From NCBI GenBank assembly GCA_043823065.1, contig JBDRBB010000009.1, positions 76,933 through 140,932 on the forward strand: 64,000 bases of DNA. Reading direction: 5' to 3'. The notes under the pieces were generated by a model, which had not been told where the DNA came from, did no database searches, and saw only the letters and a list, made by a program, of their open reading frames with translations. A program made the translations under genes and the position numbers. This DNA comes from Pseudomonadota bacterium (GTDB lineage Bacteria > UBA10199 > 2-02-FULL-44-16 > DYJF01). Below are positions 1 through 9,696 of this stretch, piece by piece. Each line of letters begins with the position of its first letter. The first letter of the stretch is position 1.

Positions 1-670
1 GATTCACTTGGCAAAAATCATGCAAGTTAATTTCATTAATAGTCTTACCAGCCAGATTGGCATTGGTAAGGCGAAAACATCTGGTTTTTATCTCATGTTG
101 GGTATGTTGTTTGGCTTCTAGAGAGCGGTCTTCTTGGATTTGCTTGCTAAAAAATCTTGGCACCAGTTGGACCAAAAGGATGAGACTTATTAAACCAAAA
201 GGATAAGAGATGGCATAACCTAAAGAAGCAGCGCCAGCAGTGCCAGGAATATAATTTTGAATAGCATCAATTGCAGTTGCCAAAGTAGGAGTGCTAGTTA
301 GAGCTCCAGCAAAAGTTCCTACAGCTAGGCTGGTATTAATATGAAAAAGTTTGGCCAAAAAAATACTTAGGGCAATGCCAAATACAGTTGCAAAAAAAGC
401 TAGCAGTAAAAATTTTACGCCGCGCACCCTAAATAAACGAAAAAATTGAGGACCAGCTTGAATGCCCACAGCATAAACAAAAAATACAATGCCCAACTCA
501 GTAATAATTGTTGGTGTTTGATAGCCAGCAAACCCAGCAGTAATGGCCACAAACAAGCAGGCGCTACTTCCTAAAGACACGCCCCATAATTTAAGATGTC
601 CTAAAGAATAACCAACCAGGACAATTAAGAGTAAGGGTAAGATTTGATTATTTATTAAAGTTTGCCACAT
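1..670 (-). CDS. AspT/YidE/YbjL-family transporter, N-terminal part (runs off window start)
   Basis: Manual translation from ATG at 670: MWQTLINNQILPLLLIVLVGYSLGHLKLWGVSLGSSACLFVAI...ELGIVFFVYAVGIQAGPQFF, matching the GxxLG...FVYAVGxxAGP pattern of the family. Confidence 0.8.
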   Translation of the reverse strand, partial: MWQTLINNQILPLLLIVLVGYSLGHLKLWGVSLGSSACLFVAITAGFAGYQTPTIITELGIVFFVYAVGIQAGPQFFRLFRVRGVKFLLLAFFATVFGIALSIFLAKLFHINTSLAVGTFAGALTSTPTLATAIDAIQNYIPGTAGAASLGYAISYPFGLISLILLVQLVPRFFSKQIQEDRSLEAKQHTQHEIKTRCFRLTNANLAGKTINEINLHDFCQVN

Positions 671-732
671 AAAAGAGGTTGCTCATTCCTTATAATGCGG
701 TATAAAGCAGTTTAAACTCGTTTACAACTATT

Positions 733-2394
733 ATGTTTTTGCGAAAAATTTTTATTTTAGTTATTTTTTGTTTGGCCAGCAGTGGCGTTGCTCTTGCTCA
801 AGAAAATGGCCTTGTTTTTTCTATACAAGACAAGTTGCAAAAGAGCCAGCTTGTATCTGGTCAAGTCTTGCACGCCTATCCAATCTTAAAAAGATATTAT
901 CAAGATCGGAGCTTTGAACCTGTTTGGATAAAATCTGACCTTAAAGTAACCAAACAAGCTAAAGATCTGTTAAAAATTTTGAATCAAATTGATCAGGAAG
1001 GTTTAAATCCAGAAGACTACCATTTTGAAATAATTTCTTTGAACCTGGATCAAGCTAAAAAATTTAGACAGCAAGATAAATTGGAAGATTTGGCAGATCT
1101 AGAATTGCTTTTAAGCGATGCTTTTTTAAGTCTGGGTTTCCATTTTTCCTATGGAAAAGTAGATCCTATGAATTTTAAAGCGCGCTGGTATGCGCCAATT
1201 TCTGAAAATGGTTTGCCAGCTATTATGGATCAGGCTGTTGCTAACAACCAGGTGCGGGAAGCTTTGCTTGATCTATTGCCAAAAACACCAGGTTATCAAA
1301 AGTTGCGGCAAAAATTAGCAGAATTAAAAGAGCTGTCTCAAGAAACAAATTGGACGCCAATTCCAGATTTGCCTAAAAACAAGAAACTCAAACTTGGTGA
1401 TCAGGACGAACGCATTGTTTTGATTAAGCAACGTTTAGATTTGTTGCCAAATCTTAAGCAAGATATCTGGCCTGAACAAGCTTATGTCTTTGACCAGGAA
1501 TTAGAAGTGGCTCTAAAAGAATTTCAAGCACAACATGGTTTATTAGTTGATGGAGTAGTTGGCTGGCGCACCATTAACAATTTAAATGAAGCTATATTTA
1601 AAAAAATTGAACAAGTTAAAATCAATTTAGATCGTCAAAGGGCGCTGGCATCTCTTTTGTATGAACCCAGAAATATTGTAGTAAATATTCCCAATTTTGG
1701 TTTGGAAGTTAGAGACAATAACCAAAAGATCATGGAAATGCGCGTGATTGTTGGTATGAAAAAGCGCATGACACCTTTGTTGTCATCTGAAATTAATCAT
1801 TTAATCTTTAGTCCCAAGTGGTTTGTGCCAGATACTATTTTAGTGGAAGATAAATTGCCCTTAGTTAAAGATGATCCAGAGTTTTTTAAAAAACATGGCA
1901 TGAAGATTTATGAAAAAGGCGGGGAAAGATCTAAGCAGGCCGAGCCTATTGATCCAGAAACTATTGATTGGTCGCAAATTGATTTTGATGATCCAGAAGA
2001 TGTGCCATTTAGGGTGGTGCAAGGCCCAGGTGCTGGCAATGCTTTAGGCAGGGTTAAATTTATGTTTCCCAATCCGCATGCGGTTTATCTGCACGATACA
2101 CCAACCAAGGGTTTGTTTAACAATGCGTACCGGGCTTTTAGTTCTGGTTGTATGCGCATTCAAAAACCCATTGATATGGCAAAATTTTTGCTTCAGGATA
2201 AAAAAAGCTGGGATGAAGAAAAGATCAAGCGAGCCATGAACCAAGGACATGAGCAAGTTGTTCCTTTAACCAACCCTATACCCATTCATGTTATCTACAT
2301 GACCTCCTGGGTGGATGATAATAATCAATTGCAGCTTCGAGAAGATATTTATGGATTAGATACTGCATACCAGAAGGCATTTAATACACACTAA
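733..2394 (+). CDS. L,D-transpeptidase (YcbB/LdtD-like) with peptidoglycan-binding domain
   Basis: Signal peptide; FQAQHGLLVDGVVG PG-binding motif; YLHDTP...FSSGCMR catalytic motif. Confidence 0.9.
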   Translation: MFLRKIFILVIFCLASSGVALAQENGLVFSIQDKLQKSQLVSGQVLHAYPILKRYYQDRSFEPVWIKSDLKVTKQAKDLLKILNQIDQEGLNPEDYHFEIISLNLDQAKKFRQQDKLEDLADLELLLSDAFLSLGFHFSYGKVDPMNFKARWYAPISENGLPAIMDQAVANNQVREALLDLLPKTPGYQKLRQKLAELKELSQETNWTPIPDLPKNKKLKLGDQDERIVLIKQRLDLLPNLKQDIWPEQAYVFDQELEVALKEFQAQHGLLVDGVVGWRTINNLNEAIFKKIEQVKINLDRQRALASLLYEPRNIVVNIPNFGLEVRDNNQKIMEMRVIVGMKKRMTPLLSSEINHLIFSPKWFVPDTILVEDKLPLVKDDPEFFKKHGMKIYEKGGERSKQAEPIDPETIDWSQIDFDDPEDVPFRVVQGPGAGNALGRVKFMFPNPHAVYLHDTPTKGLFNNAYRAFSSGCMRIQKPIDMAKFLLQDKKSWDEEKIKRAMNQGHEQVVPLTNPIPIHVIYMTSWVDDNNQLQLREDIYGLDTAYQKAFNTH

Positions 2395-2396
2395 GA

Positions 2397-3149
2397 ATGT
2401 TCACTTTTATATTCCTAGGTGCTGCAGGTTTTTTGGCAGGATTTATAGACTCGGTTGCTGGCGGCGGCGGTTTGATTACCTTGCCAGCGCTTTTGGCCGC
2501 AGGTCTTCCTCCTCATCTGGCTTTAGGCACCAACAAATTTCAATCTATGTTTGGCACAACTTGTGCGCTCATTAACTTTGCCCGCAAAGGAAAAGTGATT
2601 TGGAAAGTAGCAGCTCTGGGTGTGCCTTTTGCTTTAGTTGGTTCAACTCTTGGCGCGCATTTGGTTTTATTTTTAAATCCTTCGCTGGTAGCCAAAATCA
2701 TTATTGGTTTTCTACCACCGTTAGTAGTTGTAGTTTTATTTTCGCGCTCAATTTTGCGTCATCGTCCGCCAGCCAAAATGAAGAAATTAAATTTTTGGGT
2801 GCTTACTCCTTTAGCCTGTTTATTAATTGGCGCTTATGATGGTTTTTTGGGACCAGGGACTGGCTCGTTTTTAATTTTAGCCTTGGTTTTTTTTACACAC
2901 TTAAATTTGATCGGAGCCAGCGCTACGGCCAAGACCTTTAATCTGGCTTCAAACGTAGGCGCATTTGCGATGTTTGTAATATCCGGAGCAGTATATTTCC
3001 CTTATGCTATTATCATGGCAATATTTAATATTGCTGGCAACATTGTCGGCAGCCATTTTGCCATCAAACGCGGCGATCACTTTATTCAAAAAATCCTTAT
3101 AGTATCCTTGTCGCTTCTGTTGGCATATCTCATCTGGAAATATTTTTAA
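2397..3149 (+). CDS. TSUP (TauE/SafE/YfcA-like) family permease
   Basis: AGFIDSVAGGGGLITLP and YDGFLGPGTG motifs; hydrophobic. Confidence 0.9.
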   Translation: MFTFIFLGAAGFLAGFIDSVAGGGGLITLPALLAAGLPPHLALGTNKFQSMFGTTCALINFARKGKVIWKVAALGVPFALVGSTLGAHLVLFLNPSLVAKIIIGFLPPLVVVVLFSRSILRHRPPAKMKKLNFWVLTPLACLLIGAYDGFLGPGTGSFLILALVFFTHLNLIGASATAKTFNLASNVGAFAMFVISGAVYFPYAIIMAIFNIAGNIVGSHFAIKRGDHFIQKILIVSLSLLLAYLIWKYF

Positions 3150-3177
3150 AATATTGTTTAGCAACTTAAATGAGTAA

Positions 3178-3203
3178 TTAAAATTCCCGAAAGGGAATTT
3201 TAA
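3178..3203. terminator. Hairpin TTAAAATTCCC-GAAA-GGGAATTTTAA, possible terminator
   Basis: Perfect 11-bp stem with GNRA loop shortly after the stop at 3149. Confidence 0.55.
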
Positions 3204-3209
3204 CGTTTA

Positions 3210-3238
3210 TTGACACTGGGGCAAGAAGTGTATAGGTT
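3210..3238 (+). promoter_or_regulatory. Putative sigma70 promoter
   Basis: TTGACA-17 nt-TAGGTT, 8 nt upstream of ATG 3247. Confidence 0.4.
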
Positions 3239-3246
3239 GCAAACCT

Positions 3247-4185
3247 ATGAAGATAAAAAATATATTTTTGGTTGCTTTGTTATTGACTTTAGTGGCCCAA
3301 GTTGGTTTGGCCAAAGTTCCTGATAAATATTTTAAGAAAAAAAATGAAAGCAGTATCGCCAACGGAAACAGCAACAACAATGGCAATGGGAACGGTAATG
3401 GCATTAGTTTTGCCAATCCTTACGGCATCGCAGTGGATGAGAAAACCGGGTTTATGTATGTCAGTAATGTTAATGGCGAACTCACTGCCAAAGATGGCAA
3501 TGGTTATATTTCCCGCCTAAAAAGTGACGGTACAGTTGATGAAATTAAATTCATCAATGGAGGCAATAGTAAAGATGCCTTAAATGCGCCCACAGGTATG
3601 GTAGTTTTGAATACCACGCTTTATGTTTGTGATATTGATGCTTTGCGCGCCTATAATTTGCTCAATAAAAAATTTATGTTCAATGTCAATTTTGGCGATC
3701 TGCCAGTGCAGCATTTTTATGATATTACTATTGGTCCTGATGGGGCGCTGTATGTAACTGATGCTGATGCCAATCGGGTTTATAGAATAGATGTGAGCAA
3801 GCAACATGAAGTAACCACTTTTATTGCTAATCTAGATTTAGGTGGACCGCGCGGTATTGTTTGGTATCCGCTAAGTCAAAGTTTCATAGTTGCTGGTGCA
3901 GTATCTGGAAAGATTACTGCTTATGATAAAAATGGGGCCACTAAACAATTACCGTCTATCTTCTTGAAAGCACCGCAAGGACTGGGGTTAGATGATAGTG
4001 GTAATATTTACGTTGCTGATATGAGTTTGGAAAATGTTTATCTTATTCCTTCTAATTTTGCCTTGTTAGGATTTAAGCAAGGTTTGCAAGAACCAACAGG
4101 TATTGCTTATAATAGAATGTCTAAAAAAATTGCCATTTCCAGTTTTAAGGGAAATGAGGTTGTCTTTGTCGAACCAGCTCAATGA
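3247..4185 (+). CDS. Secreted beta-propeller protein (NHL / SMP-30-gluconolactonase-like)
   Basis: Signal peptide; repeated PxGI/PxGM blades (NPYGIAVD, APTGM, GPRGI, APQGL, EPTGI); Asn/Gly linker. Confidence 0.75.
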   Translation: MKIKNIFLVALLLTLVAQVGLAKVPDKYFKKKNESSIANGNSNNNGNGNGNGISFANPYGIAVDEKTGFMYVSNVNGELTAKDGNGYISRLKSDGTVDEIKFINGGNSKDALNAPTGMVVLNTTLYVCDIDALRAYNLLNKKFMFNVNFGDLPVQHFYDITIGPDGALYVTDADANRVYRIDVSKQHEVTTFIANLDLGGPRGIVWYPLSQSFIVAGAVSGKITAYDKNGATKQLPSIFLKAPQGLGLDDSGNIYVADMSLENVYLIPSNFALLGFKQGLQEPTGIAYNRMSKKIAISSFKGNEVVFVEPAQ

Positions 4186-4663
4186 AAAATTCATGCAGAA
4201 AGCTTTAGCTCAAGCCAAAAAAGCCTGGGCCAAAGACGAAGTGCCAATTGGCGCTGTGGCTGTGGTTGACGGAAAGATCGTAGCCAGAGCGCACAATATT
4301 AAGGAAAGCACGCACAATCCCTTGGGGCATGCTGAAATTCTGCTTTTGCAAAAATTAACTAAAAAACAAAAACGCTGGCGCTTAAGTGATGTGAACATTT
4401 ATGTCACTTGTGAGCCATGTATCATGTGTGCTGGTGCTTTGTGGCAGGCTAGAATCGGTAAACTTTATTTTGGTTGTTCTGATCCTAAGGCCGGTGCTTG
4501 CGGATCATTATATAATGTGCCAGAAGATAAACGCTTAAATCATCGTATTAAAACCACAGGCGGTATTTTAGCCAAGCAGTGCGCCCAGCTTTTATCAGAT
4601 TTTTTTGTTGCCAAGCGGAAATCAAGGTGTCATTCCCGCGCAGGCGGGAATCTACTTGAGTAA
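4166..4663 (+). CDS. tadA: tRNA-specific adenosine deaminase (start uncertain: TTG 4166 or ATG 4193)
   Basis: EVPIGAV, HAE and EPCIMC motifs; last residues derive from an overlapping palindromic repeat. Confidence 0.9.
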   Translation: MSNQLNEKFMQKALAQAKKAWAKDEVPIGAVAVVDGKIVARAHNIKESTHNPLGHAEILLLQKLTKKQKRWRLSDVNIYVTCEPCIMCAGALWQARIGKLYFGCSDPKAGACGSLYNVPEDKRLNHRIKTTGGILAKQCAQLLSDFFVAKRKSRCHSRAGGNLLE

Positions 4664-4694
4664 AAATTAGATCCCTGCTTTCGCAGGGATGACA
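4628..4694. repeat. REP-like palindrome family C (TGTCATTCCCGC-N4-GCGGGAATC), paired copy
   Basis: Two inverted hairpins; related copies at 17198-17224 and 41670-41740. Confidence 0.8.
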
Positions 4695-4742
4695 ACAATT
4701 CTTGCATTCACCTCTTAAAAGCGGTAATAAGGTAATATTATT

Positions 4743-5501
4743 ATGCTTTTAATCCCCCAGCTCTATCTTAGAAATAATAAAGTAGTGTCTGTAGAAGGCA
4801 TGAATACACCTCTTTACGATGCTGATCCAATTGTAATGTGTCGTAGTCTCAAAGATGCTGGAGCTGAAGCTGTTTATTTGGTGGATTTAAATATTTCTAC
4901 AATCGGCGATGGTCCAAATTTGCCACTTATCCAAAAAATCAAACAAGAAGTTGGCTTGCAACTTTTTCTAGGAGATAATTTCAGATCAGTGCAGGCAATT
5001 GATCCTTATGCTAAATTAGATCCAAAACTAATTGTTTTAGAGACAGTGGCCTATCAAGAACCAGATTTGGTTAAACAAGCTTGTCAGCGTTATTCTGGAA
5101 AAATTGCCGTGAAAATTTTTGTGCGTGCAGGAAAAATTACCATTCCAGGCTGGGCGGTTTCGCCCACCAAAACGGCAATAGATTATGCCCAGCAGTTTGG
5201 TAATATGGGAGTTAAGAGTTTTTTCTATTCTGATATTTCTGAAAAAGGTGTTCTGGAACAAAAAAATCTGGATAATATTTTGTTCTTTTGCAAAAAAGTT
5301 TACAGCAATGTTATTTGCACCAGTGAAATTAGAAATGCAGGTGATATTGAAAAACTAATGACGGTTGGCGCTCCTGGTTTGAATGGTTTGGTTCTAGCCC
5401 ATGCCTTTTATGAAAACCGCATTGATCTTAAAGCTGCAATCAACTTGGTTTTAGATCTTTCTGTCAGTTCTAGCAATGAGCCCACCTTAACGGAGGATTA
5501 A
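4743..5501 (+). CDS. HisA/HisF-family TIM-barrel protein, apparently degenerate
   Basis: HisA-like layout (GAEAVYLVDL, GW, YSDIS..G, IRNAGDIEKL) but the IPAIDL Asp appears replaced (IPQLYL). Confidence 0.7.
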   Translation: MLLIPQLYLRNNKVVSVEGMNTPLYDADPIVMCRSLKDAGAEAVYLVDLNISTIGDGPNLPLIQKIKQEVGLQLFLGDNFRSVQAIDPYAKLDPKLIVLETVAYQEPDLVKQACQRYSGKIAVKIFVRAGKITIPGWAVSPTKTAIDYAQQFGNMGVKSFFYSDISEKGVLEQKNLDNILFFCKKVYSNVICTSEIRNAGDIEKLMTVGAPGLNGLVLAHAFYENRIDLKAAINLVLDLSVSSSNEPTLTED

Positions 5502-5846
5502 ATGGCAGGCGACTGTATCTTTTGTAAAATTGCCAAAGGGGAAATGCCTTCAGATAAGGTTTTTGAAAATAAAGATATAATTGCTTTTCGAGATATTAAC
5601 CCTGTAGCGCCCACCCACATTATTGTTATTCCCAAAGAGCATTATCCTACTTTAAATGATATTCCTGCAGAAAACTTAAATATTATTTCCCAGATCTATG
5701 CGGTGATTAAAGAGATAGCCAAAAAAGAGGGTGTGGCTGAAAAAGGGTATCGCACTATAGTTAATACTAATCCAGAATCCGGTCAGGTGGTATTTCATCT
5801 GCATTTTCACATTTTAGGTGGCCGACCAATGCGAGGTCTAGGATAA
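5502..5846 (+). CDS. hinT: HIT-family nucleotide-binding protein
   Basis: DCIFCKI and FHLHFHILGGR histidine triad; GGAGG RBS. Confidence 0.9.
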   Translation: MAGDCIFCKIAKGEMPSDKVFENKDIIAFRDINPVAPTHIIVIPKEHYPTLNDIPAENLNIISQIYAVIKEIAKKEGVAEKGYRTIVNTNPESGQVVFHLHFHILGGRPMRGLG

Positions 5847-5850
5847 AAGC

Positions 5851-5904
5851 GACCATTGACTATAGACCTTAAAAGTCTATGGTCTATAGTCAATAGTCCA
5901 TGGT
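5851..5904. repeat. Heptamer inverted array family A (GACYATW)n ... (WATRGTC)n
   Basis: gaccattgactatagacc...gtctatggtctatagtcaatagtc. Confidence 0.8.
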
Positions 5905-5913
5905 TAAATTTTT

Positions 5914-7455
5914 ATGGCAGAGATTATTTCCATAAATCCAGCAACTTTAGAAGAAATAGGGCGCGTGCCTGCTGTTGCCAAAGAAGAAGTGCGCGGCATG
6001 GTAGCCCAGGCTAGGGCTGCTTGTCCAGTTTGGCAGCGCCTGGGTTTTAAAAAACGCGCAGAGTATTTATTGCAAGCACGCAAGTATTTGTTGGAGCATA
6101 TTGATGATTTTGCCAAAACCATTACTTTAGAAAACGGCAAGCCTTTAACTGAAGCTCTAACCTCGGAGATTTATCCTATTGCAGATTTGATTTATTATTT
6201 TAGCCATCATGCGGAAAAATTACTCAAAGAATATAAAGTGCCCATTGGTGTAATGGGCTTGTTGGCGCGCTCCTCACGTATTTCTTTTCAACCTTTGGGT
6301 GTGATTGGCATTATCAGTCCGTGGAATTTCCCTTTTTCCATTCCAGCTGGTGAAGCTGTGATGGCTCTTTTGTGTGGTAATGCAGTAATCTTAAAACCAT
6401 CTTCAGTTACTCCCTTGGTAGGTAAAAAAATTGAAGAAATGTTGGATGCTGCCCAAATGCCTGCTGGAATTTTTCAACTACTTTCAGGTGGGGCAGAGAA
6501 TGGAGAAGCGTTAGTTGAATCTAGAGTTGATAAAATATTATTTACCGGAAGTGAAGCTGTTGGCAGTAGAATTATGGCCAAATGTTCTGAAAACTTAACT
6601 CCAGTTGTGCTAGAGTTGGGTGGCAAAGACCCGATGATTGTGCGTGCAGATGCTAACTTAGAGCAAGCCAGCTCTGGCGCGGTTTGGGGAGCCTTTGTTA
6701 ATAGTGGTCAGTGTTGCGCTGGTGTGGAAAGAGTTTATGTGCATGAATCAATTTTTGCTAAATTTGTAGAAATGGTGGTGCAAAAAACTAAAAAGTTAAA
6801 ACAAGGGCCTGGTATTGATCCTGAAAATGATATTGGCGCTATGACCAACCAAAGCCAGTTAGATTTGGTCAAAGAACACGTGCAAGAAGCCAAAGAACGC
6901 GGGGCTGATATTTTGTGCGGTGGCGAGCAAAATTTAGATTTTCCAGGCTATTTTTATAAACCAACTGTGCTGACCAATGTTGATCATGGTTTTCGCTGTG
7001 TGCGTGAAGAAACCTTTGGCCCCTTAATGCCGATTATGTCTTTTGCAGATGACAACCAGGCCATCAAGCTAGCCAATGATACCAGATATGGTTTAACTGC
7101 TTCGGTTTGGACCAAAGATCTGAAAAAAGGACAAGAAATGGCGCGCAACATTTTGGCTGGCACGGTAACTATTAATGATTGTGTTTTCACGCATGCTTTA
7201 AGCCAAACCCCTTGGGGCGGCAGAAAAGCTTCTGGTTTTGGCCGCACCCATTCACGTTTTGGTTTACAGGAATTGGTTACAGTTCATCACATTCATACCA
7301 ATCATTTGTCTGGTAAAAATTTTTGGTGGTATCCTTATTCTCAGCAGGTGGTAAATAGTTTTAAGGATCTGGCAAAATATTTAACTGATAACTGGTTAAT
7401 TAAAGCCAAAGCAATCCCTGCCTTTTTGAAAGTTTTTAGCAGAAAAAAAATATAG
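5914..7455 (+). CDS. Aldehyde dehydrogenase family protein
   Basis: PWNFP, FTGS, LELGGKDP, SGQCCAG and EETFGP motifs. Confidence 0.92.
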   Translation: MAEIISINPATLEEIGRVPAVAKEEVRGMVAQARAACPVWQRLGFKKRAEYLLQARKYLLEHIDDFAKTITLENGKPLTEALTSEIYPIADLIYYFSHHAEKLLKEYKVPIGVMGLLARSSRISFQPLGVIGIISPWNFPFSIPAGEAVMALLCGNAVILKPSSVTPLVGKKIEEMLDAAQMPAGIFQLLSGGAENGEALVESRVDKILFTGSEAVGSRIMAKCSENLTPVVLELGGKDPMIVRADANLEQASSGAVWGAFVNSGQCCAGVERVYVHESIFAKFVEMVVQKTKKLKQGPGIDPENDIGAMTNQSQLDLVKEHVQEAKERGADILCGGEQNLDFPGYFYKPTVLTNVDHGFRCVREETFGPLMPIMSFADDNQAIKLANDTRYGLTASVWTKDLKKGQEMARNILAGTVTINDCVFTHALSQTPWGGRKASGFGRTHSRFGLQELVTVHHIHTNHLSGKNFWWYPYSQQVVNSFKDLAKYLTDNWLIKAKAIPAFLKVFSRKKI

Positions 7456-7465
7456 AGGCACTCTT

Positions 7466-8359
7466 ATGCATGGAATTCCCTATGCGTTAGCTTCCTATTT
7501 ATTATGGGGATTGCTCCCAATCTATTGGAAGTTATTAAAACAAGTCCCTGCCTATGAGATTTTGGCTCATCGTATTGTCTGGTCCACAGTATTTATTTTA
7601 GGCTTGCTTCTTTTGCAAGGACGCTGGTTTGAACTAAAAGACATGTTTAATTTTAAGAGAAAAATTTTGTTTTTTAGTCCTTTGCTCCTGGGCGCTAATT
7701 GGTTTATCTATGTTTGGGCAGTTAATGCTAGTCATATTGTAGATGCTTCTTTGGGTTATTTTATTTGTCCTTTGCTCACAGTTTTGTTGGGAGTGATTTT
7801 TCTAAAAGAACGTCTAAATCTTTGGCAAATCATGGCTGTGATCTTGGTATTAGTAGGCGTTTTTTATTCAATCTATCAGCTTGGTTCTTTCCCTTGGATC
7901 GCGCTTTCCATTGCTATTACCTTTAGTCTTTATAGCTTAATCAGAAAGCAGGTTAAAGTTGGGCCAATAGTAGGTCTGGGTTGGGAAGTTTTGGTTATTA
8001 GCCCTTTGGCTTTAGGCTTCCTTTTGTATTTAGCTTTTAAGGGAAAGATTTTTTTTGGAAACGCAAATCTAAAAACTAATTTTTTATTGATTGGTACCGG
8101 TATTATAACCACTATACCGCTGATATGTTATATTCATGCTGTGAAAAAAATAAAATTAACTACCATGGGAATTTTGCAATACGTGGCTCCTAGTTGCCAG
8201 TTGGTAGTTGGAGTTCTGCTTTATCAAGAAAAGTTCAGCAAAGATCATTTAATTGTGTTTGGTATTATCTGGTTGGCAATTCTAATCTATTCCTTAAATT
8301 CAATTCTTTTCAGGACCTCGCCAGTGCTAGCTAAGCCTGTAATTGAACTTCCTGAATAG
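7466..8359 (+). CDS. rarD: EamA/DMT transporter RarD
   Basis: LWGLLPIYWK, EILAHRIVWS and ASLGYFICP motifs. Confidence 0.88.
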   Translation: MHGIPYALASYLLWGLLPIYWKLLKQVPAYEILAHRIVWSTVFILGLLLLQGRWFELKDMFNFKRKILFFSPLLLGANWFIYVWAVNASHIVDASLGYFICPLLTVLLGVIFLKERLNLWQIMAVILVLVGVFYSIYQLGSFPWIALSIAITFSLYSLIRKQVKVGPIVGLGWEVLVISPLALGFLLYLAFKGKIFFGNANLKTNFLLIGTGIITTIPLICYIHAVKKIKLTTMGILQYVAPSCQLVVGVLLYQEKFSKDHLIVFGIIWLAILIYSLNSILFRTSPVLAKPVIELPE

Positions 8360-8361
8360 AA

Positions 8362-9612
8362 TTAGCTGCCAGAGAGTAAGCGGTAAGTTAATAGCACAAT
8401 GCCAAGAAGGGCCATAATCAACAAAGCTCCATAAAAAACAGTTAAGGTCCAGCTAAACTTGGCTGGTTTGGGCAGTTTTCCCCATTCCCACCAAGGTACA
8501 AATCTATAGGGGTTTTCTTCTGGATATTGCCTTTCTTTTTCGCCAAATAGCCAGCCTAGAAATGAACGGCGACCTTTGCTGCTAACTTGGCTCTGTTGCT
8601 CTTGTTTGGCTTCGGCTTTTTGATCAGCTGGTGGCATAATACCCAGCTCTCTGGCAGCTTCACCTTCTGCCTTACCACCAATAAATTTGCCAGCAGTTGG
8701 TAGAGGTGAGGTGGCCATTTCCCGACCTTTGGAAGTAGCTAGGCCTAAATAGGCCAGTTCGGCGCGCATGGTTTTTAAAAGTTCAGTCCGAAAAGAATCG
8801 CCAGGTTTTAAGTTGGCCAACTTAGCCAAGATATCTGCCAATACACTAAAACGAACATATTTTTCGACTTGGCCGTTCTTTAAAGCCATGTCAGAAATGA
8901 TTACTCCTTTTTCACCTTTCATAATAACTCCGCGTAGAAAAAATTCGCGCACATCATCTAAAGATATTTTTTTGGCAGCCAGTCGTTCTCTGAAAGCATT
9001 AAAAAAGTTTCGCCATTGTTCTTCTGTTTTTTCCAGAAATTTTGGTTTGCCATCTGCTGCTTCTTGCGCCATTTTTTTTCCGCCTTCAAATCGTTCTAAA
9101 ATAAAGCGCTCAAAATTGGAGAGCATTTTCTCCAGGTTTTTCTCGCCCTCGGTAGTGCCTTCTTTGGCGGTAGCGCGACCGGCACGATCAGCAAAATAGT
9201 TTTCATATTCTTTTTCTTTGGCAGCTTCTAATTTTCCTTTACGAATTTCCATTTGAGCTTCTTGTTTGGCTTCTTCCTTGCTTCTGGTTCGGGCTTCCTG
9301 CTTAGCTTCTTCTTTAGTATCAGCTCTTTGCCCAGCTCTTTGCGGTTGTTCCCGGTTATCTTCAACAACCCGATTGCTGCCAGGCAGACGAAAGTGTTCA
9401 TAAACTGTGGTGGCATTCACGTTTCTGGCGGCAGCTTGCATAAAATGAGGTAGCATTCTGGCTAATTGAAATCCATCCCGACCAGCCCGCTGTACTAGGT
9501 CGCGCTGCAAGGAAGCAATTTGTTCTTGGGGCGCGTGATTTTCAATAGCACTATATAATTCACGAACTGCCTGATCTATTGGTCCTAAATTGTCTCCTGC
9601 GGGAAAAGACAT
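8362..9612 (-). CDS. Hypothetical protein with charged helical region and C-terminal TM helix
   Basis: 416-aa ORF, GGAGG RBS, KEEAKQEA repeated, hydrophobic C-terminus. Confidence 0.7.
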   Translation of the reverse strand: MSFPAGDNLGPIDQAVRELYSAIENHAPQEQIASLQRDLVQRAGRDGFQLARMLPHFMQAAARNVNATTVYEHFRLPGSNRVVEDNREQPQRAGQRADTKEEAKQEARTRSKEEAKQEAQMEIRKGKLEAAKEKEYENYFADRAGRATAKEGTTEGEKNLEKMLSNFERFILERFEGGKKMAQEAADGKPKFLEKTEEQWRNFFNAFRERLAAKKISLDDVREFFLRGVIMKGEKGVIISDMALKNGQVEKYVRFSVLADILAKLANLKPGDSFRTELLKTMRAELAYLGLATSKGREMATSPLPTAGKFIGGKAEGEAARELGIMPPADQKAEAKQEQQSQVSSKGRRSFLGWLFGEKERQYPEENPYRFVPWWEWGKLPKPAKFSWTLTVFYGALLIMALLGIVLLTYRLLSGS

Positions 9613-9696
9613 GATTCCTCCATGTTGGGAATTATACTATATCTTGCCTACACTGTCATCTTGCATTTAGTTATTATCTTGCTAAGAAGGCAACTT

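Noticed and set aside
3358..3405. AAC/GGC-rich tract as a contingency repeat
   Set aside because: Codon-varied Asn/Gly linker, not a perfect nucleotide repeat
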